This document shows, one piece after another, positions 45,917 through 53,802 of a stretch of DNA of 64,000 nucleotides. The number at the start of each line of letters is the position of its first letter. Within the stretch, counting starts at the first letter, position 1. Position numbers and translations under genes: made by a program. The notes under the pieces were generated by a model that had not been told where the DNA came from, ran no database searches, and saw nothing but the letters and a program-made list of their open reading frames with translations. This stretch comes from a virus (taxonomy: Duplodnaviria > Caudoviricetes), in the IMG/VR virus record IMGVR_UViG_3300000439_000015, positions 21,208 to 85,207 of that record, one strand, 5' to 3'.

Positions 45917-46921
45917 TTACTCTTCGCCGTCGGGGTAGGCGATGGCGTACAGAGGGTGGTTAGGCAACAGGTAGCCCTCAGGGGTGGTGTCAGGCTCACC
46001 CTCGAAGTCGTCCTCAGTTGACATGTCCAGCGGCGTGACGGCTGGGTAGTCAGCGTCGGGGTCGCTGTCGCTGTAGTCGGGGCCAGAGTAATCGTGCGAC
46101 GTGTAGTCGTTCATCATCTCTTCAGGGGCAGCCTTAGCGATGCCACCGTTCATTCCAGCAGCCAGAGCAGCCTGACGCAGGTAAGCGTGGGCGGTCTGGT
46201 AAGCGTCGCATGCCATCAGCGCCATCTGCATAGCGGTGGTGGTGTCGCCGTTCTGGTAAGCCTGAGCCGACTGCATCTTGTAGTTGTCACCAGCATCAGC
46301 AGCCTTCTCAGCGGCAATCACGAGGTCGTCCAAGTTGGAATCGCTTGACGATGGGGTGGAATCACTCGACGAGGACGATGAGGAACTGCTGCTCGACGAC
46401 GAAGAGGACGAACTGTCGTCATCACCACTGCCGTCAAACATGAAGCCAGCGTCCTTCTGCATTGAGGCGACGTGCATGGCGTGGTTGTTTGCCTCGACGT
46501 AGTTCTTGTTGCCAGCGTGGGCATCAGCAATAATCTTGGCACTGTTGGCCTGAGCCTCGGCAATGTGCTTAGCCGATTCCGAACGCTCTTCGGCGGTCTT
46601 GGTGGAATCGTTGGCGTGAATCGAAGCGTCATGGGCGGCGTGCATCGGGCCACTGCGGTGGGCATCGGCAGCAAGCGAGTGCAGTTCCGAGGCACGGTTG
46701 TGGGCATCAGCAGCGCCAAGGAAGAAGGAAGCGGCACGGGTGTCGCCAGTTGCGCCTGCGGCGTTGGTCATTGCATCAGCAACGTCGGCGTGCATGGCAG
46801 CGAGGTCGTCGTGATTGGAAGCCTCGGCCTCGTGGTCAACGGTGTCAACCTTGAAGGGTTCGGTGACGGCAGCAGCCTTGGTGAGCCACTGGGCGATTTC
46901 GTTGTTGATGTTGTCTGACAT
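45917..46921 (-). CDS. EIxxW-leader Ala/His-rich acidic protein with poly-Ser linker
   Basis: MSDNINNEIAQWLTK-AA...HDDLAAMH...AADAHNRASELH...poly-S. Confidence 0.7.
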   Translation of the reverse strand: MSDNINNEIAQWLTKAAAVTEPFKVDTVDHEAEASNHDDLAAMHADVADAMTNAAGATGDTRAASFFLGAADAHNRASELHSLAADAHRSGPMHAAHDASIHANDSTKTAEERSESAKHIAEAQANSAKIIADAHAGNKNYVEANNHAMHVASMQKDAGFMFDGSGDDDSSSSSSSSSSSSSSSSSDSTPSSSDSNLDDLVIAAEKAADAGDNYKMQSAQAYQNGDTTTAMQMALMACDAYQTAHAYLRQAALAAGMNGGIAKAAPEEMMNDYTSHDYSGPDYSDSDPDADYPAVTPLDMSTEDDFEGEPDTTPEGYLLPNHPLYAIAYPDGEE

Positions 46922-46931
46922 GGTGGAATCC

Positions 46932-47393
46932 TTATCCTTGGAGTGAGACGGACAACTGCCACGCCCACTTGTTGTGATTGTCAATGCGGTCTGCGAGGAA
47001 GTTTGCGATTCCCTGCTGATTTGCTTGTGTTGCTAAGGCAAATGCCTTATTCAGGCTTGTGAGAACACCTGCGTTTGTTTCGGCAAGAGAGGCTACCAAC
47101 TTCTCGTGGTGATAGCCACTCACTGCGTCGTCCGATACAGAAGCCATGCGAGCCAAGTCCGTCAAGCGGAACGGAGCGAACATGCCCAACTTGCGCAGGT
47201 TCTCAGCCATTGGGTCGAGGGATTCATACACGTCCGTGTAGATTTCCTCGAACTTGGCGTGATACTGGGGGAAGTCGGTGCCGACTACGTTCCAGTGAAA
47301 TCCGTGAGTTCGGTGGTACATCACGGTTGCGTCGGCAAGACAAGTGGCGAGGGCCACCGTCAAGTCTTGCGTCGCATCCTTAGTGATGTCCAT
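46932..47393 (-). CDS. dps: Dps / DNA-binding ferritin-like protein
   Basis: YHRTHGFHWNVVGTDFPQYHAKFEEIY...DPMAENLRKLG...IANFLADRIDNHNKWAWQL. Confidence 0.93.
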   Translation of the reverse strand: MDITKDATQDLTVALATCLADATVMYHRTHGFHWNVVGTDFPQYHAKFEEIYTDVYESLDPMAENLRKLGMFAPFRLTDLARMASVSDDAVSGYHHEKLVASLAETNAGVLTSLNKAFALATQANQQGIANFLADRIDNHNKWAWQLSVSLQG

Positions 47394-47404
47394 GGTGAAC
47401 TACC

Positions 47405-48025
47405 TTACGCAACGTTTGGCGTAGCGATTTGGTTGTTAGCGGCCCCAGAAACACCTGAGAGGGCGTTCGACATGCGTGCGGCCTGAAGTCCGTTGTTGAG
47501 GGTAGATACGGCGGTAGCGGCACGGCTGGCACTGGCGTGCAGTTCGGCGGCATCGCCAGCGGCCTTCATGATTGCACGAGGTGATGCGCCGGTGGCACGC
47601 AACTTCGACAGAACACGCAGGGCGTGACCGGCACGTCCAGCCTCATCACCAGCGTGGTGGGCGGCGTATTCGAGGGTCTTAGCCTGCTGGTGTATTGAGC
47701 GGTCATTGCGGTTCTTGCCGTCGCTGAACTTCGTCTGGGCGGCCTTACCAGCGTGGTAAGCGGCCTCGTTGAAGTGGTAGCGAGCAAGGCTGTGGTTGCC
47801 GTTGGTGTGTGCAGCCAAGGCAGCAGCGAGGTGGGAGTTGGCTGCGTTCAGGTGGTCGTTGCGTCCGTAGTTCTTTTCACCACGAGGATTGTGCGCCATG
47901 GCGTTCTGAATGCCGCCAGTGTTGCCGTTTCCACGGAAAGGGTGACCCATCTCCGGCCCAGAGCCTCGCCCGCCCTTTTCAAGAGTAAGGAGCCATTCTT
48001 GAATGGCGTTGGTGTTGTCGGTCAT
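47405..48025 (-). CDS. GH-motif cargo protein, Ala/His-rich
   Basis: MTDNTNAIQEWLLTLEK-GGRGSGPEMGHPFRGNGNTGG... Confidence 0.7.
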   Translation of the reverse strand: MTDNTNAIQEWLLTLEKGGRGSGPEMGHPFRGNGNTGGIQNAMAHNPRGEKNYGRNDHLNAANSHLAAALAAHTNGNHSLARYHFNEAAYHAGKAAQTKFSDGKNRNDRSIHQQAKTLEYAAHHAGDEAGRAGHALRVLSKLRATGASPRAIMKAAGDAAELHASASRAATAVSTLNNGLQAARMSNALSGVSGAANNQIATPNVA

Positions 48026-48060
48026 GTGCGTTGCCTTTCTAAGCGGAACGTTCTGGTGAA

Positions 48061-48082
48061 ATGCTACCCCTAGATTTAGAAA
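48061..48082 (-). promoter_or_regulatory. Late-type promoter motif
   Basis: Minus strand TTTCTAAAT-ctagggg-TAGCAT. Confidence 0.6.
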
Positions 48083-48102
48083 TCTATGGTTTAGGAACTG
48101 CT

Positions 48103-48582
48103 TTACCCTGCGAGCGCCCGTGCGGTTCTTTCATCCGCCAACTGCGACCTCGTGACCGCAATGACACTGGCTCCGTTGGCGTAATCACCAGCGGTAATAC
48201 GGTTTTCGTGGTTCTTTGCGGTGGTCAGGTGTACTCCGGCAGCGCCTTCGTGTGCTGTTGCTGCTTCTTCTAGAAGTTTTGCCTTTTCCGGTTTGGCAGT
48301 GGTGGCTAGTTCCCGTAGCGCCTTCGCTTGTTCGGCGTGCTGGGCAGAGAGTTCACGGTGCCCCTGTGCACTTGGGTTTTTAGCAAGTTCCTGCGCCCGT
48401 GGAGCAAGCGAGCCGAAGCGACCCGACACTTGGTAGCGGTCTGAGGGTGCTGATGAGCCTGCGCCCTCAGCGTCCGTGTGTTGGTTCCCATGGAAAAGGT
48501 GACCGAAGAAGTCCTTTTCCAATGCTTCCTCGGCCTTGGCAAACTGCACCCATTGCAGGATTTCACTGTCGAGGTTTGACAC
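48103..48582 (-). CDS. GHxFxGNQ-motif cargo protein (EIxxW leader), Ala/His-rich
   Basis: MSNLDSEILQWVQFAK-AEEALEK-DFFGHLFHGNQHT... Confidence 0.75.
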   Translation of the reverse strand: MSNLDSEILQWVQFAKAEEALEKDFFGHLFHGNQHTDAEGAGSSAPSDRYQVSGRFGSLAPRAQELAKNPSAQGHRELSAQHAEQAKALRELATTAKPEKAKLLEEAATAHEGAAGVHLTTAKNHENRITAGDYANGASVIAVTRSQLADERTARALAG

Positions 48583-48590
48583 GATAACCC

Positions 48591-49034
48591 TTAGTTACCG
48601 AACGGTACGTTGACGTACATGCCAGCACGGTATGCGGCATCGCCAATGTCCTCAGCGTGGATGCCCTCTTCTTGACCCTTGATGGTCGTGGTGCCAGAAC
48701 GTGTGTAGGTGCGCTGAACGGTGTAGGTGTCGTTGGGGTGGAGAAGAACGTTTACGCCGTAGCCACGGCTGACGGGAAGGTTCACTCCGACGGTGCGACC
48801 ACCCGAATCACGGAGCGTGTTGACACGTCCGCCAGAGATGCCCAAGATGTTCATTCTACCAATCTGACCAACGGTCTGATTAGCGTCCATCTCACGGAAG
48901 CCGTCGAAGTGAGCGCCAGAGTTTCCGCCCGTGTACTGATTTCCGTTGAAGGCGTGTCCAGCCAACTCGTACTTCGTGACGGCGTAGATTCCCTGACCTT
49001 CAAGCAATGATTCGATGGTGAAAGGATTGTTCAT
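48591..49034 (-). CDS. GHxFxGNQ-motif cargo protein with beta-rich payload
   Basis: MNNPFTIESLLEGQGIYAVTK-YELAGHAFNGNQYTGG...QIGRMNILGISGGR...VNVLLHPNDTYTVQR. Confidence 0.75.
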   Translation of the reverse strand: MNNPFTIESLLEGQGIYAVTKYELAGHAFNGNQYTGGNSGAHFDGFREMDANQTVGQIGRMNILGISGGRVNTLRDSGGRTVGVNLPVSRGYGVNVLLHPNDTYTVQRTYTRSGTTTIKGQEEGIHAEDIGDAAYRAGMYVNVPFGN

Positions 49035-50038
49035 TAGTTTCCGTTCGCCCGTCCGCCCAAGCCCATGGGGTTGTTGGATGCCATAGCAGCAACGTGTGAC
49101 AACGCCTCGGCTTGGTCAAGTTGCGCCGTCTTGTCGGCTGCGGCGTAGGGGGTCTTGCCATCAGCAATGTCTTGGTACGCCTTAGCAGCAGCGAAGTGGC
49201 TTGCGGCGGCGAGTTGAGCACCACGGATGCCATCCTTCACCATCTGACTGTCTTGGTGTCCGCCAGCCTGAGCCTGACGAACCATCTCATTCAGTTCGTT
49301 GCCAAGTTGAGCGTGGCGGTCTGCCATCAGCCTGTAGTTGTCCTGAACGGGGGCGCTATTGCGAATACGGGTGGCGAGTTGGGCCGTCGCCAAGGCACGA
49401 GCGGCGTGGGAGTACTGGTTCCCATGAAACTCGTGGCCCATGACATCGCCCTTGGCAACAGACTTCTTGCCCTTGCAGTCGGGGCAAGTAACGTTTCCAC
49501 CACGAATGGTTCCCTTACCCTTGCAAAGTTTGCAGTCGGCAGCCTTGTTCACCTCATTAGCGGCAGCGGCAGCGTCATGGAAGTCCGCAGCCTTCTGCGC
49601 CATCTTCCATTCAGTTGAGGCAGGTAGAACGACGTTCCTACCGCCACGGCCCTGACCGATGTAGGTGGTCTTGCCGTAGGTGTGCGACTGCGCCTCACGG
49701 TAAGCATCAGCAGCACGGTAGTGTTCGCCCGAACGGGCAAGTTCGTCCGCTTTCAGTGCGGCGAGGGCGGCTGGGCTTTGGATGTGAGCGCCGACGGGAA
49801 CTTCCTTCTGACCGAGGATGCGAGTGGTCAGGGGGCTATTGCCCTTCATTCCACCTTTTACCCACGCTTCGTGGCTCTGGTTGCGAGGCGGGCCTCCGCC
49901 TGCAACCGCCGCACCGCCACGGGATGCTCCCGATGCGCTCGTGTACTGGTTTCCATTGAACGCATGACCTTCAGTCTCATACTTGGCAACCACTGCCTTT
50001 TCAAGCCACGAGGTGATTTCATCGTTGATGTCGGTCAT
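49034..50038 (-). CDS. Two-unit GHxFxGNQ cargo polyprotein with DnaJ-type Zn finger
   Basis: MTDINDEITSWLEK-AVVAK-YETEGHAFNGNQYT; CKLCKGKG...CPDCKGK; VAK-GDVMGHEFHGNQYS. Confidence 0.75.
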   Translation of the reverse strand: MTDINDEITSWLEKAVVAKYETEGHAFNGNQYTSASGASRGGAAVAGGGPPRNQSHEAWVKGGMKGNSPLTTRILGQKEVPVGAHIQSPAALAALKADELARSGEHYRAADAYREAQSHTYGKTTYIGQGRGGRNVVLPASTEWKMAQKAADFHDAAAAANEVNKAADCKLCKGKGTIRGGNVTCPDCKGKKSVAKGDVMGHEFHGNQYSHAARALATAQLATRIRNSAPVQDNYRLMADRHAQLGNELNEMVRQAQAGGHQDSQMVKDGIRGAQLAAASHFAAAKAYQDIADGKTPYAAADKTAQLDQAEALSHVAAMASNNPMGLGGRANGN

Positions 50039-50046
50039 GGTGCTCC

Positions 50047-50343
50047 TTAGATTTCTGTGTAAGCAACGGTGGTTGAGCCAGAGGCGGTGATGGCGTAAAT
50101 GGCACCTGTGTAGGTTTGGAACGTAGTTGACTGACCAGCCGACAAAACGATGCCGCTGCCAGCCGTAGCGACGGTACTCAGTGAAATCGTGACTGTGTTG
50201 GAGCCAGTGTTGGTCAGGAATACCTGCAAACGGTTGACATTCGCTGGACGGATAAGCGTTCCGCCGACGGGGGTTGCTGATACCGATACCGAACCATTGC
50301 CTGCGTAAGCCTGCGAGAGGTTATTGGAAATGTGTGAAGGCAT
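50047..50343 (-). CDS. Small beta-sandwich putative virion protein
   Basis: NRLQVFLTNTGSNTVTISL...GIVLSAGQSTTF...GAIYAIT. Confidence 0.6.
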   Translation of the reverse strand: MPSHISNNLSQAYAGNGSVSVSATPVGGTLIRPANVNRLQVFLTNTGSNTVTISLSTVATAGSGIVLSAGQSTTFQTYTGAIYAITASGSTTVAYTEI

Positions 50344-52001
50344 TAGTTGCTCCCTAGGAATGGCTTGGGGTCGTCGTACTCGGTGGGCAGGTCAACGTTT
50401 ACGCCAGAACCCGTACCGCCGATGCTGAACCCACGAATCTTGCCCTTCTTGACAAGTTCCCAAGCCCATGGCTCCCAGATAACGCCGAGGAATGAGGTGC
50501 CAGCAGGGAAGGTCGTCTTGACAACGGTGTTGCTATCGGCCTTCAACATGGGGATTTCCACCTCGTAGGGCCACGTCATAGCCTCGACCCACTTGCCAGC
50601 CACGATGTCTACGTTGTGCTGAAGTCGAATGTCACGGTCTGCGTTCTCAACGTAGTCCCAGAGGGCCTTTTGGATTTCTTCGGGGTCAGTCCACTCGTTG
50701 TGAGCGTCCATGCGATTTGGAACGTACCAAGGGGCAAGCGTGAATCGCTTTTCGTCGTTCTTGCGGATTGCGCCAATCATTTCACCAAACTCTTCAGACT
50801 TCTGAAGAAGGTTGGCATCCTGCATGACTTCGGGGTTCACCATTTCTGGCGCTTCTTCCTCGATGACGGTCATGTTTTCAGGAACAACCTTGGGTTTCTT
50901 CTTGCCTGCGTAGAAGGCACCGATTCCACCACCGTTGTCCGAACCGTCAACGTGTACGGCTTCAACGCTGGGGCCGTCCATCTTCTCCACGCTGGTGCGG
51001 CCCTTCTTGTACAGAATGCCGACGGCGGTGGAGTGGGCATCGAGCGCAGGAACGACGTTGAACTTGCACCAACCGTTGGACACGCACGAGATGGCAACCC
51101 AGTCGCAGCCGTTTTCACCAGAGGCGATGCAGTTTCCGCACGTCATGCCCTGAGCAAGGTACGGCGAGAAGTCGGTGTAGGCAGCGTCCGTTGTGGGGAT
51201 GCGACCTAGTTCCTCAACCATGTCGTCTAAGGCTTCAGCAAGTTCAACCTGCCATGGGTCGAGGCCGTCCTTCCAATCCTCACCGTGGATTTCACTAGAC
51301 GAAGAAGAACTCGACGACGTGCTTGATGAGGAAGAACTGCTTGACGATGACGAACTGCTGCTGGATGACGAGGATGACGAAGAGGAACTCGAACTTTCCT
51401 CAGTGTCGTCTGAACTGTCGCTGGTGGAATCGTCGTTTTGTTCGCCCTGAACCGCTTGAAGAATGGCGGCAACCGTGTTGGGGTCAAGTTGTTCTACCTG
51501 AACGGAGTTGTCGGTGGCAGTCTCAACAGGAGCAGGCTGAGCGAACACGGGGGTGGGTGCCATGAAAGAAAGGGGGAAGTTGATGGCCTTGTCAATGGGG
51601 CTACACACGTCTTGTTCCACCACAGAACCGCAGACCACACATGGGTTTACCCCATCAAATGAGTTCTGGCTTTTGGTGAAGGGGTGCTCTACGTCGGCAA
51701 GGCCCTTGGCAATGTTGCGAGAAATAAGGCGCTGCTCGGCTTCGGCATCAATGGCCTTTTCACCAAACACTCGCTTGGAAAGACGCTCCCACAAGGGATT
51801 ATTCTCTTTGGCGTTTGGAACGAGAACGATGGAAACGCCCTCTTCACCAGACTTGTTGACCGACATAAGGTCGGCAGAGGTGTACCCGTCCTGAGCAAGG
51901 TCGGCTGCGCCCTGTCGCACCTCAAATGCAACGGACTTGTTCGCAATGATTTCACTCAACGAGACGTTGGCGACCACATCAAGAATGTTTACTTGTTCCA
52001 C
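50343..52001 (-). CDS. Prohead (capsid maturation) protease, XkdF/Peptidase_S78-like, with long acidic N-terminal extension
   Basis: C-terminal KRFTLAPWYVPNRMDAHNEW...IQKA...IRLQHN...FLGVIWEPWAWELVKKGKIRGFSIGG; directly downstream of portal. Confidence 0.88.
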   Translation of the reverse strand: MEQVNILDVVANVSLSEIIANKSVAFEVRQGAADLAQDGYTSADLMSVNKSGEEGVSIVLVPNAKENNPLWERLSKRVFGEKAIDAEAEQRLISRNIAKGLADVEHPFTKSQNSFDGVNPCVVCGSVVEQDVCSPIDKAINFPLSFMAPTPVFAQPAPVETATDNSVQVEQLDPNTVAAILQAVQGEQNDDSTSDSSDDTEESSSSSSSSSSSSSSSSSSSSSSSSSTSSSSSSSSEIHGEDWKDGLDPWQVELAEALDDMVEELGRIPTTDAAYTDFSPYLAQGMTCGNCIASGENGCDWVAISCVSNGWCKFNVVPALDAHSTAVGILYKKGRTSVEKMDGPSVEAVHVDGSDNGGGIGAFYAGKKKPKVVPENMTVIEEEAPEMVNPEVMQDANLLQKSEEFGEMIGAIRKNDEKRFTLAPWYVPNRMDAHNEWTDPEEIQKALWDYVENADRDIRLQHNVDIVAGKWVEAMTWPYEVEIPMLKADSNTVVKTTFPAGTSFLGVIWEPWAWELVKKGKIRGFSIGGTGSGVNVDLPTEYDDPKPFLGSN

Positions 52002-52028
52002 GGGGTGCTCCTTCGTGCCTTGCCCTAA

Positions 52029-52051
52029 ATGCTACCCCACCCTTTTAGAAA
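52029..52051 (-). promoter_or_regulatory. Late-type promoter motif
   Basis: Minus strand TTTCTAAAA-gggtgggg-TAGCAT. Confidence 0.6.
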
Positions 52052-52167
52052 CTACGGTTATTTACCCTTTGGTCGGGTCGCAGGCTTGGGGGTGGCGATT
52101 GTGGAACGGGTGCGCATTACCGCTTGCCCTTTTTGCTTCGAGGCTTTCACCTTGCGAATGCGGATGG

Positions 52168-53802
52168 TCACGAGGTCGGCCCTTGGTTGTTTGTTAGGGG
52201 GCCGTTCTGACCAGTTGTGTTTGCGGTTGTGCCTGCCGCCGACGGTGGGATTTCACCAGACTGGCCTGGGTAGCCTTGACTTGAAATGTCGGCCTGAATA
52301 CCTGAGCCGCCCGATTGGTCGTTGGGGCCGCCTTGTGGGTTCTGTACGCCCGTGGGTTCGGTGTTGCCCTGTGCGGTGCCGACGGTGGATGCTGAACCAC
52401 GAGCGCCGATAAACGCCTTCTTGGGGTCTGCCATCTCTGGGTCGGGCTGAATCTGGTTGCCGCCGTAGCGAACGTTGGCAGCCAAACCGTTTTCCTCTGG
52501 GCGGAACGCTGGCATTCCAGCAAGTTCACGCAAGTAATCTTCGAGGTTGTTGTCTGGCGTAAGCAACTGGCTCTGGGTCAGGTTCGTCAGGAATGCGCCC
52601 AGTTCCACCAAGTCAACTTGGGTTACCTGTCCGTAAGTGAGGGTCGGGCAGTGAGCGGTGTCAAACCCGTTCAGCGACATCAAGCGTGGAATGGCGTGGC
52701 TGTTGAACACTTCGGCAATGAGGCGAATCCAAGATTCCACTGCTGCCATGAAGAGGTCTACTTTGGAAGCGCCAAGGGCGAACGAGCCGACGGCCTCGTG
52801 TCCCAGCATGATGAAGTCTGCCAAGCAGGTCATCGCAATCTGCTGGTTGTAGCGAGAGATGATTTGGTCAGTGTTGAACTGGCGAGAGCCGCCTGAGTTC
52901 AGCAACTTGAAGTCAATCAACTGCTTGCCGTTCTCGTCAAACATCATCGGAAGGACGATGCCTTCGGTTTCGTTGCGCTTTACGCCTCGGACGATGCGCT
53001 CCATGGCATACAACGACGACTTTTCAGCAGGCGTAGCGTCTGCGGCGAGCCATTCGGCAGGGACGTAGCCGACAGGAAGGCCAGCGAGGTCACGCTCAAC
53101 GCCGACGGCCTCAAACTCTTCGATACGACGCTTGTAGTACCACGCCTTGAATGCTGAACGCAGGACGGAGCGACCTTCGGGGTTGCCACGAGCCGACGTG
53201 GTGCGGAACAGGAGCGACTTCTCGATTGGAATGACGTTCAAGCGACCCGTTGTGGGGTCACGTTGCACCATGGCCTTGATTCCACCACTCTCGTCGAACT
53301 GCCACTGCCACAAACTGTCCTGCGCACGCATGACAATCTTGCGCCAGCCAATCTTGTTGTCGCTGAACTTGGAGCGCTTTGAGGGGTCTTTCTGGTCAGG
53401 CCCCTTGCGCTGCTTGTAGACAATCTCGAAGTATGACCACCCGTACACGAGGAATGAGGTGATGGCAATCATGAGTTCATGCCACGAGTGGCTCATGTCG
53501 TCCATGCACTCCTGCACGAAGTCGGCTGCCAACTGGTCGTTGTTGTTCGGCGTTTCACCAGTGGGGTCGGTGTGGGGGTCTACACGCCAGTCCACCTGAA
53601 GAATGACACGCTCGATGGCGAAGATGATGGCCCCGATAACGGGGTCGTTTTCAGCCATGTCACGGTAGGCTGTGAGAGATTGGCGGCCTCGAAGTTGGGG
53701 AAGGATGTCGTCAATGACGAATCCACCCGTGCGCCACAAACCTGTGGCACCGAGTTCGCTGAAGTTATCCAGTTGAGGCAGTTGGTTTTCGTTATCTGCC
53801 AT
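52168..53802 (-). CDS. Portal protein (DUF935/Mu gp29-like)
   Basis: ELGATGL...LPQLRG...YRDMAENDPVIGA...IPIEKSLLFR...GNPEGRSVLRSAFKAWYYK...GVERDLAGLP. Confidence 0.92.
   Translation of the reverse strand: MADNENQLPQLDNFSELGATGLWRTGGFVIDDILPQLRGRQSLTAYRDMAENDPVIGAIIFAIERVILQVDWRVDPHTDPTGETPNNNDQLAADFVQECMDDMSHSWHELMIAITSFLVYGWSYFEIVYKQRKGPDQKDPSKRSKFSDNKIGWRKIVMRAQDSLWQWQFDESGGIKAMVQRDPTTGRLNVIPIEKSLLFRTTSARGNPEGRSVLRSAFKAWYYKRRIEEFEAVGVERDLAGLPVGYVPAEWLAADATPAEKSSLYAMERIVRGVKRNETEGIVLPMMFDENGKQLIDFKLLNSGGSRQFNTDQIISRYNQQIAMTCLADFIMLGHEAVGSFALGASKVDLFMAAVESWIRLIAEVFNSHAIPRLMSLNGFDTAHCPTLTYGQVTQVDLVELGAFLTNLTQSQLLTPDNNLEDYLRELAGMPAFRPEENGLAANVRYGGNQIQPDPEMADPKKAFIGARGSASTVGTAQGNTEPTGVQNPQGGPNDQSGGSGIQADISSQGYPGQSGEIPPSAAGTTANTTGQNGPLTNNQGPTS

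Noticed and set aside
34337-50038. Diversity-generating retroelement or shufflon explaining the repeated motif
   Set aside because: No reverse transcriptase or site-specific invertase is present, all copies are co-oriented, and differences between copies are synonymous rather than adenine-specific
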